Part shown: positions 40,934-50,915 of the stretch, piece by piece
How positions within the stretch are numbered: the stretch's first letter is position 1
Layout: the number at the start of each line of letters is the position of its first letter
Assembly: GCA_018654605.1 (NCBI GenBank)
Contig: JABILG010000002.1
Coordinates: 12,817 to 76,816, forward strand
Reading direction: 5' to 3'
DNA: 64,000 nt
DNA from: a bacterium
GTDB taxonomy: Bacteria > Desulfobacterota_D > UBA1144
Notes under the pieces: generated by a model
The model's input: the letters and a program-made list of their open reading frames with translations, nothing else
Told to the model about the DNA's origin: nothing
Database searches by the model: none
Position numbers and translations under genes: made by a program

Positions 40934-42484
40934 CTAAATCCTTATTTCTAGAAGGACTAGGCCTTTTAAGTTTAAGGTTTTCTTAAGGTTTGAATCTACT
41001 TTTGAATCGAAATCAAATTGATAACCTTTAGCCCCAAATGATTCAGCTAAAGACTTATAATCAGGGCCTTTATACTTAAGACCTTTCTTTGAATGTTTTT
41101 CATTTAAAACAATGATTGTTAAATTAAGATTTTGCTCGAGGGCGACAATCATTTCTTGCATGTTGAACTGAAAATTGGTTCCGCTTGATATACTCACAAC
41201 CTTAGCCTTTGGCCTAGAAAATGTAGCTCCAATTGCTGCAGGAAACCCGTAGCCTGGTGTACCGGTTCCGCCAGACAATATATTGTTCCTATAGTCATTA
41301 AATTTATAAAATTGTTGAAGATTTACATCTTCATAGCTAAAATCTGAGCAAATAACTGCTTTTTTTCCTAAAATATCTGATATTTTATTGAAAATAGATG
41401 CTTTTTTATTTCTAGAAATCTTATTATCTTCATCTTCCTTATTTCTGGCTCTCATATTTGCAAGAAAATCAGCTGACCATTCAGCCTCATATAGACCAAT
41501 ATCTTTCGCCATAAAATCTATAAAAGTGACAGAGGAAGAATAAATATTTAAACATTGTTTAATTGCTGGATCAAGTTGAGTTTTATCTATATCTACGATA
41601 GTCATTTCTTTCTTTTTGAAAGATTTTTTAGGTAAGATTTTACTTATATCACAACCGACAGAAATAAGATGATCTGAATCATGAATTAATTTACTTGAAG
41701 CATAAGAGCCGCTTGAACCTATCATTCCAAAAGAAACATCACTTCCTACTAATCCTAGAGATAAGAGTGATGTAAGTGATGGTATTTTAAATTTCTTCAA
41801 AATAAAAGAAATCTTTTTAATGTTTTCCTGATAGCAAGCCCCTCTACCAAAAATTAAAAGCGGTTTTTTTGATTTTTTAAGCTTAGCTTTAAAGTCTCGT
41901 AATGATTTCTGAGATATTTTAGGCTCATCAATATAATTTGGTAGATTAATTTTCTTAGGAATCCTGAACTGACTCTCGGCTAATAAAACATCCTTAGGCA
42001 TATCAACTAGAACAGGTCCTTTTCTTCCGGTATTCGAAATGTATAAAGCTTCAGCTATTGCCTTAGGTAAATCTATTGCTTTTCTTACTAAAGTATTATG
42101 CTTAGTGGTAGACCTAGTGATTCCGATATGGTCAGCCTCCTGAAATGCATCACTTCCTAAGAATGGAGTAGGGACTTGACCAGTAAAGATTAAAACGGGG
42201 ACAGAGTCCATATAGGCAGTTGAAATTCCGGTTACTGTATTCGTTGCTGCAGGACCTGAAGTACAAAGAATTATCCCAGGTAGCCCACTAGCCCGAGAGA
42301 ACCCATCCGCCATGTGCGTTGCGGCTTGTTCATGCCTTGTAAGAATATGATTTATCTTCTTTGCATATGCTGGCATCACATCATAAATCTTAAGTACATA
42401 CCCACCAGGTAATCCAAAAATAGTTTTGACACCTAGCTTATATAAGGATTCAAAGAATAGTTCTGCGCCTAAAAATTTTTTCAT
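40934..42484 (-). CDS. ilvB: Acetolactate synthase large subunit, shortened and divergent in the central domain
   Basis: 516 aa. N-terminal Pyr domain matches ALS closely: HEQAATHMADGFSRASG, SGPAATN, MDSVPVLIFTGQV, GPVLVDMPKDV. The TPP motif GGTGTPGYGFPAAIGA is present. The central domain is diverged, and about 25-50 aa are missing at the C-terminus relative to IlvI/IlvB. Confidence 0.75.
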   Translation of the reverse strand: MKKFLGAELFFESLYKLGVKTIFGLPGGYVLKIYDVMPAYAKKINHILTRHEQAATHMADGFSRASGLPGIILCTSGPAATNTVTGISTAYMDSVPVLIFTGQVPTPFLGSDAFQEADHIGITRSTTKHNTLVRKAIDLPKAIAEALYISNTGRKGPVLVDMPKDVLLAESQFRIPKKINLPNYIDEPKISQKSLRDFKAKLKKSKKPLLIFGRGACYQENIKKISFILKKFKIPSLTSLLSLGLVGSDVSFGMIGSSGSYASSKLIHDSDHLISVGCDISKILPKKSFKKKEMTIVDIDKTQLDPAIKQCLNIYSSSVTFIDFMAKDIGLYEAEWSADFLANMRARNKEDEDNKISRNKKASIFNKISDILGKKAVICSDFSYEDVNLQQFYKFNDYRNNILSGGTGTPGYGFPAAIGATFSRPKAKVVSISSGTNFQFNMQEMIVALEQNLNLTIIVLNEKHSKKGLKYKGPDYKSLAESFGAKGYQFDFDSKVDSNLKKTLNLKGLVLLEIRI

Positions 42485-42512
42485 TTCGATTATTATATAT
42501 TAATTTATCATT

Positions 42513-43169
42513 TTAACTAACAAAAGAAAAAGTATTAAAAGGCATAAGGGGTATATTCTCAAAAATATGATCCGAGTTAAACTTTAAATTAACTTTAGCT
42601 AGCGAACTTGAATCTATTTTAAAGCTTGAATCGATATTTAATCCCAAATGTTTATCAAAATCCTCTATCTTGACTTTATCAGAACCAGTCCCTATCAATG
42701 TGCAATCGTTCATATCGATACGCACAAGGTCGTCATGTGTTAACTTGAAACTTTGATCAGCTAAGATTAAATCTTGGTCTTTTCTGACGAATCGAGCATA
42801 AGCGAACAAGTTATTTCTCAAATCGAACAATGTGACAAGGTTTTTAGATTTAGATTGGTATGAGTGTGCATAAAGGGCAAAAGATGAAATTCCATATACC
42901 GGAATTTGTGCAAACGAACCAAAACTATTTGCTGTTGCGATTCCAACCCTAAGTGATGAAAGGTTTCCAGGTCCTACGTTCACTCTAATTTGCTGAACAT
43001 CATTTAGATTAAATGGAATGCTTTCAAATAGGTCTTTAATTAAAGGTGAGAGAAGCTCGCAATGATTTGGCCTTTCAGAATCTACATTTAGGATATTTTT
43101 AATCTGATTATGATCTGAAAGTGAAACACTTGTTAAGTTCCTGGAAGTTTCAATATTTAAGGACAACAT
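42513..43169 (-). CDS. tsaB: tRNA threonylcarbamoyladenosine biosynthesis protein TsaB (YeaZ)
   Basis: 218 aa Kae1/YgjD-like N-terminal fold; VNVGPGNLSSLRVGIATANSF corresponds to the GPGSFTGLRIG motif. Confidence 0.7.
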   Translation of the reverse strand: MLSLNIETSRNLTSVSLSDHNQIKNILNVDSERPNHCELLSPLIKDLFESIPFNLNDVQQIRVNVGPGNLSSLRVGIATANSFGSFAQIPVYGISSFALYAHSYQSKSKNLVTLFDLRNNLFAYARFVRKDQDLILADQSFKLTHDDLVRIDMNDCTLIGTGSDKVKIEDFDKHLGLNIDSSFKIDSSSLAKVNLKFNSDHIFENIPLMPFNTFSFVS

Positions 43170-43176
43170 AGAATAA

Positions 43177-44208
43177 TTATTTCGAGCTGATTTTTTCTCT
43201 AACTTCTTTTTCTAATTTAAGACCTAAGTCTGCATTAGTTTGAAGAAATTTCTGAGCATTATCTTTTCCTTGCCCTATTCTTTCCCCAGAATATGAAAAC
43301 CAAGCTCCAGCCTTCTCAACAAGTCCGAACTCTACTCCAAGATCAATCAATTCTCCAAACTTAGAGATTCCTCGTCCAAAGATTATATCCATTTCAGCTT
43401 CTCGGAAAGGAGGTGCAACTTTATTCTTAACAACCTTTACCCTAACCCTATTACCTATAACACTTTCTGAAGTTTTCAAAGAAGCTATTCTTCTAACATC
43501 AAGCCTAACAGAGCAGTAAAATTTTAATGCATTACCTCCTGAGGTTGTTTCTGGGCTCATATAAGAAGGAACACCAATCTTCATTCTAAGTTGGTTTATG
43601 AAAATAACGGTTGTCTTAGATTTAGAAACAGTTGCTGTAATCTTACGTAACGCCTGTGACATCAATCTAGCTTGAAGACCAACATGAGTATCACCCATTT
43701 CACCATCTAATTCAGCCTTGGGGGTTAAGGCTGCTACAGAGTCAATTACAACCATATCCACAGCTGAACTTCTAATTAATTGGTCAACTATCTCCAAAGC
43801 CTGCTCTCCGTAATCTGGTTGTGAAATTAATAAATCCTCATTCTTTATCCCTAAACCTTTCGCATAAGTTGGATCAAATGCATGTTCTGCATCAACAAAA
43901 GCCGTAATACCACCACTCCTTTGTGTCTCAGCGATAGCATGAAGTGCCAAGGTGGTTTTTCCTGAAGCTTCAGGGCCATAAACTTCGATAACTCTTCCTC
44001 TAGGGAAGCCACCTACACCCAATGCATGATCCAAGGCGATAGAGCCAGTTGAAATAGCTTCTACGTTTTTAACCGAAGATTCATTGTCTAAACGCATAAT
44101 AGAACCTTTACCAAATTGCTTTTCAATGGTCGAGATGGTTGCGTCTAAAGCTTTTTGTTTATTTTCGTCAGCATCTTTTGAGGGTACTTTTTTCTTATTT
44201 TCAGTCAA
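43177..44208 (-). CDS. recA: Recombinase RecA
   Basis: 343 aa; Walker [10 protein letters not shown]; [12 protein letters not shown]; L2-loop NQLRMKIGV. Confidence 0.95.
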   Translation of the reverse strand: MTENKKKVPSKDADENKQKALDATISTIEKQFGKGSIMRLDNESSVKNVEAISTGSIALDHALGVGGFPRGRVIEVYGPEASGKTTLALHAIAETQRSGGITAFVDAEHAFDPTYAKGLGIKNEDLLISQPDYGEQALEIVDQLIRSSAVDMVVIDSVAALTPKAELDGEMGDTHVGLQARLMSQALRKITATVSKSKTTVIFINQLRMKIGVPSYMSPETTSGGNALKFYCSVRLDVRRIASLKTSESVIGNRVRVKVVKNKVAPPFREAEMDIIFGRGISKFGELIDLGVEFGLVEKAGAWFSYSGERIGQGKDNAQKFLQTNADLGLKLEKEVREKISSK

Positions 44209-44274
44209 ATGACTACTCCTTTAAAATATATGAAATAATATAAATACTATACTTAATCTAACATATTCTACCTA

Positions 44275-45528
44275 TTAGTTTGATTTTAAAGAAATAAATC
44301 TTCTAACTATATCCAAGCAAGATAAAGAAGTTCTAAGTTTGAACATTTCCCTAGAGCCAGGGAAAAAATATCTCTTTACAGATGTCTTATCTTTATATGA
44401 AACTCCAATAAAAACAGTTCCTACAGGCTTATCCTTTGACCCTCCAGTCGGGCCAGCTATTCCTGAAACAGCGACAGCTATATTAGACCCTGAAATCTTT
44501 TTAGATTTTACTGCCATTTCTTTAACACATTGACTACTAACAGCTCCATATCTTGAAATAGTTGAACTATTAACACCGAGAATTTTTTCCTTAGCATTAT
44601 TTCCGTATGTTACAAATCCGTAATGAAAACAAGCGGAAGATCCTGGTACATTAGTAATCATGCTACTTAAGAGTCCCCCAGTGCAAGATTCAGCTGTAGA
44701 AATCAATAAGTTCTTTTTTAATAGTAACTTTACCACTTCAGAGGCTAGAGAAGTCTCACTATCCGAATAGATATAAGCACCAATAACTTTTCTAATCTTC
44801 ATTTCTAAAAGTTTATTATCTTTCTTTGCAGATGAAATCTTATCACTACTTGATATTAACCTAATATGAATCTCATAATTATGAGGCCTATAGCCTATAT
44901 ATGATTCTTTAGATGCAAAGCGTTCAATTCTATCTGCAACTTCAGATTCTGACAAACCAAAGACTTTCAACATTTTAGAAGAAACAACTTTTGTGGATTT
45001 CTTCTGCTCTTTTTTTAAATCTACAAAGAAAGTTCTTTTAACCATTTCTTTAAATTCTCTAGGTACGCCTGGAAAAAAATAATTTTTTGAATCTCCCTCT
45101 GTAATTATAAATCCAGGAGCAGTTCCCAAAGAATTTAGAACAATTTCTGCTCCTTTAGGGAAAAAAGCTTGTTTCTGATTTAATTTACTATATCTTCGCT
45201 TTCTAACCTTAAATAGATTTCTAATATTGGTTTCTTCTTTTTTATTTAAAATAAGTTGTTTATTAAAGAAAAGAGAAGCCCCCTCTCTTGTTAAGTCATC
45301 GCTAGTAGGACCAAGGCCACCTGTAACTAAAACATAGTCGGACCTACTATTTGCAACTCTTAAAGCGTTAGCTATATCTTCTAGTGAATCACCAATGCAT
45401 TGCTGGTAATTGACCTTGAAACCATAGCTAAAAACTTCTTTAGCAAACCAAAAGAAATTAGTATCTTGAGTTATACCCGAAAGGAGCTCTTCGCCGGTAG
45501 TTATTATTTCAATAGTTATATTTTTCAT
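44275..45528 (-). CDS. cinA: Competence/damage-inducible protein CinA (MoCF-binding domain + CinA C-terminal domain)
   Basis: 417 aa; N-terminal IEIITTGEELLSG; C-terminal TAESCTGGLLSS motif. Confidence 0.8.
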   Translation of the reverse strand: MKNITIEIITTGEELLSGITQDTNFFWFAKEVFSYGFKVNYQQCIGDSLEDIANALRVANSRSDYVLVTGGLGPTSDDLTREGASLFFNKQLILNKKEETNIRNLFKVRKRRYSKLNQKQAFFPKGAEIVLNSLGTAPGFIITEGDSKNYFFPGVPREFKEMVKRTFFVDLKKEQKKSTKVVSSKMLKVFGLSESEVADRIERFASKESYIGYRPHNYEIHIRLISSSDKISSAKKDNKLLEMKIRKVIGAYIYSDSETSLASEVVKLLLKKNLLISTAESCTGGLLSSMITNVPGSSACFHYGFVTYGNNAKEKILGVNSSTISRYGAVSSQCVKEMAVKSKKISGSNIAVAVSGIAGPTGGSKDKPVGTVFIGVSYKDKTSVKRYFFPGSREMFKLRTSLSCLDIVRRFISLKSN

Positions 45529-45609
45529 CTAATATCCTTATGATACCTTGAATATAATAATGTAATACGTAAACTCTCTATAAAGAAAATAATTTAATTA
45601 GGAGTAAGT

Positions 45610-46413
45610 ATGAAAATTGATAATTGGTTAGAAGGTCATTGGGCATTAGTTCTTGGAGCATCTAGTGGTTTTGGTGCCGAAGTCTCTCAAAAGCTGTCTG
45701 AATATGGAGTCAACATCATTGGAGTTCATTTAGATAGGAAGGGAACGATGGCTAACGTAGAGAAAATTATTTCTAGAATTGAATCGAATGGAGCTAAGGC
45801 GAAGTTTTTTAATATTAATGCTGCTGATGAAGAAAAAAGAGACAAGGTACTTGATGAAATATCTTCGTTAATTTCGAAGGATGAGAAAAAGATTAAAATA
45901 CTTCTTCATTCACTAGCTTTCGGATCGTTAAAGCCTTATCTCGATCATGACTCTTCCTCTAATGTAACCCAGAAAAACATGGAAATGACTATCGATGTAA
46001 TGGCTAACTCAATTGTCTATTGGACTCAGGGAGTTGTAAAAAGATCTCTTTTTAGTCCTAATGCGCGAATTTATGGAATGACAAGCGCTGGCAGTAGAAA
46101 AATATGGCCAACTTATGGTCCTGTCTCTGCGGCGAAGTCTGCACTTGAATCTCATATACGACAAATGGCTGTAGAGCTTGCTCCACAAAGAATAACTGCA
46201 AACTCTCTTTGTGCTGGTGTAACACTAACCCCTGCTCTTGATAAAATTCCTGGGAATAATGATATTATAGATGAAGCAACAAAAAACAACCCTAGCAACA
46301 GACTGACCCTTACTAGCGACATTTCAGGAAGTATAATAGCCCTATCTCATCCAGGTGCTGATTGGATAACCGGAAATGTAATAATGGTTGATGGTGGAGA
46401 AGAATTAACTTAA
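45610..46413 (+). CDS. SDR-fold enoyl-[ACP] reductase-like oxidoreductase
   Basis: 267 aa; dinucleotide-binding LVLGASSGFGAE; catalytic Y-x6-K spacing YGPVSAAK as in FabI/FabL-type enoyl reductases rather than the Y-x3-K of classical SDRs. Confidence 0.5.
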   Translation: MKIDNWLEGHWALVLGASSGFGAEVSQKLSEYGVNIIGVHLDRKGTMANVEKIISRIESNGAKAKFFNINAADEEKRDKVLDEISSLISKDEKKIKILLHSLAFGSLKPYLDHDSSSNVTQKNMEMTIDVMANSIVYWTQGVVKRSLFSPNARIYGMTSAGSRKIWPTYGPVSAAKSALESHIRQMAVELAPQRITANSLCAGVTLTPALDKIPGNNDIIDEATKNNPSNRLTLTSDISGSIIALSHPGADWITGNVIMVDGGEELT

Positions 46414-47753
46414 TGAATAAAGATTTATATATATTTAATTCTTTAACTAGTAAAAAGGAACTCTTTAAAAGTATTATACCAAATCAAGTTTCTTTATATG
46501 TTTGCGGACCAACAGTTTATAGCAGTTCACACATGGGGCATGCTAGGTCAGCTATAGTATTTGATTCTATTGTAAGATTTTTAAAATATATTGGTCTAAA
46601 AACTAAGTATGTGAGGAATTTTACAGATATAGACGACAAAATCATTGCTAGGGCTAACGAAGAAGGAAGAAAACCTGAGGAAATTTCTGAGAAATACAAA
46701 TTAGAATACATACAAGACATGAAGAGTCTTGGCTGTAATGACCCTGATCATCAACCATCTGTGTCTGAGAATATCCCAGAAATAATAAACTTAATTAAGG
46801 ATATAATAGAGAAAAAATTCGGATACGAAAGCAATGGGGATGTATATTTTAATGTTCAGAAATTTAAAGAATATGGAAAACTTTCAAATCAAAGCATCGA
46901 TTCTATTCTTTCAAATACAAGACTAGAAATAAATCCTAATAAAAACTATGAACTTGATTTCGCCCTGTGGAAGGAAGCAAAACCAAATGAGCCATATTGG
47001 GAAAGTCCTTGGGGGAATGGCAGGCCTGGATGGCATATTGAATGCTCTGCAATGAGTAGAAAGTATCTAGGAGAAAACTTTGACATTCATGGTGGAGGTA
47101 GAGATCTAATATTCCCTCATCATGAGAATGAAATAGCACAATCAGAATGTATCTCCGGTAAGAAATTTGCAAATTATTGGATTCATAATGGTCTAATTAA
47201 CATAAATAAAGAAAAAATGTCTAAATCAATTGGCAATATAGTTAATATAAAAGAAGGGTTAAAGGTTTGGGATAAAAATATCTTTAGAATCCTATTCCTA
47301 ACTCATCACTATAGGACTCCGGTTGACTTATCAAATAAAAAACTAGCAGAAGTTGGAAAAAGTTTACTAAATTTAAAGAAGAAGCTTGAAATAAATGAAT
47401 CCTCATCTAGCAATTTTAAAGAGCTTTGGGTTTCTGCGATGCTTGATGACTTTAATACAGCAAAAGCTTTAGGATACTATTTTAAATTTATCAATGATGG
47501 AAAACTCTCTAATAAATCGACTGTTGAGCTAGAGGAATTTGAAGAAACGATGGGAATCTCAGGTTGGAGGAATGATATTTCAAATCCTACAGATAAAAAC
47601 CCTATAAACAAAGAAGAAATAGAGGAATTAATAATAGAAAGAAATAAAGCAAGAAGTGAGAAAGATTGGGTTAAGGCTGACAAACTTAGAGAAAGAGCCG
47701 AAGAACTTGGTATCAAATTATTAGATAACGATGAAGGTACTATTTGGGAATAA
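46413..47753 (+). CDS. cysS: Cysteinyl-tRNA synthetase
   Basis: 446 aa; HIGH-type motif SSHMGHARS, zinc-binding Cys, KMSKS. Confidence 0.9.
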   Translation: MNKDLYIFNSLTSKKELFKSIIPNQVSLYVCGPTVYSSSHMGHARSAIVFDSIVRFLKYIGLKTKYVRNFTDIDDKIIARANEEGRKPEEISEKYKLEYIQDMKSLGCNDPDHQPSVSENIPEIINLIKDIIEKKFGYESNGDVYFNVQKFKEYGKLSNQSIDSILSNTRLEINPNKNYELDFALWKEAKPNEPYWESPWGNGRPGWHIECSAMSRKYLGENFDIHGGGRDLIFPHHENEIAQSECISGKKFANYWIHNGLININKEKMSKSIGNIVNIKEGLKVWDKNIFRILFLTHHYRTPVDLSNKKLAEVGKSLLNLKKKLEINESSSSNFKELWVSAMLDDFNTAKALGYYFKFINDGKLSNKSTVELEEFEETMGISGWRNDISNPTDKNPINKEEIEELIIERNKARSEKDWVKADKLRERAEELGIKLLDNDEGTIWE

Positions 47754-47786
47754 GACAACCTAATTAGATTAAATCTTAAATATAAA

Positions 47787-48764
47787 TTAAACTCCTATCA
47801 GCTCTCGTCCCTTTGCAATTACCGGAGCTTGAGTTTCACCTCTACATCCAAACCAACATGTTGTACAATTGGTCTTTGTAAAGTAATTAGGCTCATAGTC
47901 TGTATAATGACAAACTGCGGGCATCTCAGAACACCTCTTAATGTGTCCATCTGGAGTAGCCGTCAAGAAAGAAGAGCCCGCGTTACATGGAGGTCCATAA
48001 CCATTTCTAAAAAAGATTGGAATCTGACTTAAATAATATTCGCTAGAAACTATAGTATCTCCCCAATGTTTCTTTAATGAAATCAATTCTTTTACAACCT
48101 CAGAAACTTTCTTCGTCTCATCAGAAATAAAATGCTCCTCATTGTTTGCCTTCATAACTGAGTAAGAGCTAAATGAGATATTGGCACCCCACTCTTTGGC
48201 TCTTTTAGCCATATCAACAATTTGCTCCAAATTATCATCCATAATTATGGTGTTAATAGAGATTGTTCTCTTTAACTCAGTAGATATTTTGGGAATCAGT
48301 TGCGAAACATGATTCCACAAACCATTTACACCTCTATTTTCGGAATGTCTGTCCCCTAAGAAATCTAAAGATATTGCGATTTGGTCTATCCCTGCAGCAT
48401 ATAAAGCCTTAGCTTTATCTATATCTAGCATGTCACCTTTTGTTATTATGCCAGTATAAGTAAAATAGGATGCTGCTTTAATTTGACTAATAATATCAAC
48501 AATATCCTTTCTCATCATAGGTTCACCACCAGTAACCATAACAACTAATGGATTAATCTTTTTAATCAGATCAGTATAATCATCAAGCCTTTCTTCATGC
48601 TGTGTCTGCCAATAATCACAAAAGTCACATCTTGCATTACACTTCTTAGTAACTTCTAAGTTTACAAGTTTTGGGGAATTGGTAATCTTAGTTTCTACTA
48701 ACTTGGTCAAACCTAGCAAAGCAAAATTAAATGACTCGATATAGGATTTGTTCCTATCTAGCAT
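47787..48764 (-). CDS. Radical SAM protein with C-terminal Cys-rich (SPASM/twitch-like) region
   Basis: 325 aa; CNARCDFCDY (CxxxCxxC) near the N-terminus; C-terminal Cys cluster CNAG...RCSEMP...VCHY...CTTCWFGC. Confidence 0.65.
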   Translation of the reverse strand: MLDRNKSYIESFNFALLGLTKLVETKITNSPKLVNLEVTKKCNARCDFCDYWQTQHEERLDDYTDLIKKINPLVVMVTGGEPMMRKDIVDIISQIKAASYFTYTGIITKGDMLDIDKAKALYAAGIDQIAISLDFLGDRHSENRGVNGLWNHVSQLIPKISTELKRTISINTIIMDDNLEQIVDMAKRAKEWGANISFSSYSVMKANNEEHFISDETKKVSEVVKELISLKKHWGDTIVSSEYYLSQIPIFFRNGYGPPCNAGSSFLTATPDGHIKRCSEMPAVCHYTDYEPNYFTKTNCTTCWFGCRGETQAPVIAKGRELIGV

Positions 48765-48767
48765 AAC

Positions 48768-48800
48768 TTAGAGATAAATTCCTGTAAAAGCATCAATCAT
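48768..48800 (-). other. 10-codon leaderless mini-ORF (MIDAFTGIYL) in frame with, and ending 3 nt before, the radical-SAM start codon
   Basis: Its ATG at 48800 occupies exactly the position that the clpP ATG occupies in copy A of the duplicated promoter module. TAA at 48768-48770 is followed by GTT and then ATG 48764. Confidence 0.3.
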
Positions 48801-48806
48801 AAAGTG

Positions 48807-48834
48807 ATTGTAATTTATTAATTTTTATAGTCAA
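48807..48834 (-). promoter_or_regulatory. Sigma70-like promoter TTGACT-N16-TACAAT; copy B of the duplicated module seen upstream of clpP
   Basis: Minus-strand sense CCTTAATTGACTATAAAAATTAATAAATTACAATCACTTTATG. It matches the clpP-upstream copy in 20/20 and 10/10 positions of the flanking blocks. Confidence 0.45.
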
Positions 48835-48902
48835 TTAAGGAAAATCCTTAACTTTTATGGATTATTTAAATAATAATATTTGAATGAGAATCCAGTTGGT
48901 TT

Positions 48903-50477
48903 ATGATTTTTATTATGAAGTTAGCTAATTCGAAGCAAATTAAAGAAATCGATAGATTGTCATCACATAAGTATGGAATTTCGAGTCAGATTAGAATGGA
49001 AGTGGCTGGGCTTAGATCTTATGAGATAATCAATCAAGAATATGCCCCAAAGAACACTCTCCTAATTATAGGTACAGGCAATAATGGAGGTGACGGCTTA
49101 GTCATAGCAAGATACCTTAAACTCAATAACCACAAATGTTCTATATTTATAGTTAATACTTCTAAAATAAAATCTAAGGATTTCATAGATAATCTCTCAA
49201 TAGCAAAGAAGCTAGGTGTAGAAGTGGTTAAAAATTGGAAGGATATAAAGTTAAAGAGGTATGATCTAATTGTAGATTCAATCTTTGGCGTTGGATTAAG
49301 CAGGCCTATAGAAGGTGTTATAAAGAAAATAATTAGCAGACTGAATAAATCTGAAACACCAATATGTTCAATTGATATCCCATCAGGGCTAAATCCAGAT
49401 AATGGTCAAATTTTTTCAACATGTATAGTCTCAGATTCTACGATTACTTATGACTTTGCTAAGCCTGGACTTCTAACAGACCCAGGAACTAAATTCTCCA
49501 GAAAGGTTTTTATAGTAAAGCTACCAACCCCAGATATCCTGGCAAAAGATCTTGATAATCATTTTGTTGAAGAAAGTTACTTTACAAATTTCTTCAAAAC
49601 CAGAGAGAATTCTTCAAACAAGGGTACTTTTGGTCACGTAATGATAATTGGAGGCTCAAAAAATATGTCAGGAGCAGTAGCTCTATCCGCACTTGCTGCT
49701 TATAAATCTGGAAGTGGTCTTGTAACACTTTGTGTACCAAGAAGTATCAGCAACACTTTAAAAAATAAACTCCCTGAAGCTATAATCTTAGATATTCCAA
49801 ATTCGTTAGATGCTCAAACCATGGATGAAAATAAATTCTTAAGAAGCTTGAAGGATAACATCAGAAAAAAACCATCTTCAGTCGTTATTGGCCCAGGACT
49901 TGGTAATCGTAAGGGTTTATTAAAAGTTATTGAGGATTCACTAAGCTTCTTCGACTGTCCTATAATTATTGATGCAGATGGTCTAAATTTAATTTCTAAA
50001 AATCTTGATATTATAGGTAAATATAAGAATAGAATTATAATCACCCCTCATCCAGGTGAGATGTCAAAACTATCAAAGAAGTCAACTAGATTCGTTCAAG
50101 AAAATAGAATCAAAACTGCTATAAGAATATCTTTAGAAATGAAATGTATATCTATACTAAAAGGATATAGGACAGTAACCTCTAACCCTCTAGGGGAAGT
50201 TTATATAAATAGTTCGGGGAATGTGGGTATGGCAACTGGTGGAATGGGAGATGCATTAACTGGAATAATAGCAAGCTTTATTGGACAGGGTTATTCAACT
50301 ATAGATTCATCAATTCTGGGAGTCTTTGTTCATGGAAAGGCAGGTGATAGAATCGCAAATAAAAATTCAAAACGTGGGATTCTTGCCACCCAAGTAATTA
50401 AAGAGCTACCCAAAATAATATCTTCTCTTGAAAAAAATAATACTGTTCCAGAGTTAACGAAAATATATAATGAATAA
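48903..50477 (+). CDS. nnr: Bifunctional NAD(P)H-hydrate epimerase / ADP-dependent dehydratase (YjeF N- and C-terminal domains)
   Basis: 524 aa; N-terminal GTGNNGGDGLVIARYL; C-terminal GPGLG and GGMGDALTG. Confidence 0.8.
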   Translation: MIFIMKLANSKQIKEIDRLSSHKYGISSQIRMEVAGLRSYEIINQEYAPKNTLLIIGTGNNGGDGLVIARYLKLNNHKCSIFIVNTSKIKSKDFIDNLSIAKKLGVEVVKNWKDIKLKRYDLIVDSIFGVGLSRPIEGVIKKIISRLNKSETPICSIDIPSGLNPDNGQIFSTCIVSDSTITYDFAKPGLLTDPGTKFSRKVFIVKLPTPDILAKDLDNHFVEESYFTNFFKTRENSSNKGTFGHVMIIGGSKNMSGAVALSALAAYKSGSGLVTLCVPRSISNTLKNKLPEAIILDIPNSLDAQTMDENKFLRSLKDNIRKKPSSVVIGPGLGNRKGLLKVIEDSLSFFDCPIIIDADGLNLISKNLDIIGKYKNRIIITPHPGEMSKLSKKSTRFVQENRIKTAIRISLEMKCISILKGYRTVTSNPLGEVYINSSGNVGMATGGMGDALTGIIASFIGQGYSTIDSSILGVFVHGKAGDRIANKNSKRGILATQVIKELPKIISSLEKNNTVPELTKIYNE

Positions 50478-50907
50478 AAATATTAAAAAATTCGGAATTG
50501 AAGATACACAGCTTTTAGCTTCTAAGATATCTAAAAGAATTACCGAAGGTAGTTTAATCCTTCTAAATGGTGAAATGGGATCTGGTAAAACACAATTTGT
50601 TCGATTCTTGTGCGACAGTTTAGGAGTTATAAGCAACGTATCTAGTCCAAGTTTCTTGATTTTGAACAAATATGACACTAAGACCAACTTGGAAATATTC
50701 CACTTCGACTTCTATAGGATAAAAGATTCTCGAGATTTAGAAGAGATAGGATTTTTTGAAATCCTTGAATCTAACAAAGGTGTTGTGATAGTTGAGTGGG
50801 CACATATCTTCAAGGAGCTATTTTCAAATAAAAAAAATATAATAGATATTTATTTTAATTTTATAAAGGATAATATAAATCTTAGGGAGATTGTCGTTAA
50901 AGGATAA
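50470..50907 (+). CDS. tsaE: tRNA threonylcarbamoyladenosine biosynthesis protein TsaE (YjeE)
   Basis: 145 aa; P-loop GEMGSGKTQF; HFDFYR motif; overlaps nnr by 8 nt. Confidence 0.75.
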   Translation: MNKNIKKFGIEDTQLLASKISKRITEGSLILLNGEMGSGKTQFVRFLCDSLGVISNVSSPSFLILNKYDTKTNLEIFHFDFYRIKDSRDLEEIGFFEILESNKGVVIVEWAHIFKELFSNKKNIIDIYFNFIKDNINLREIVVKG

Positions 50908-50915
50908 AAAAAGGT

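Noticed and set aside
44209-44274. Looked for a LexA/SOS box upstream of recA (alphaproteobacterial GTTC-N7-GTTC, E. coli-type CTGT-N8-ACAG).
   Set aside because: Neither motif is present in the 66-nt recA upstream region. I therefore make no regulatory call; absence by eye is weak evidence and would need a genome-wide motif scan.
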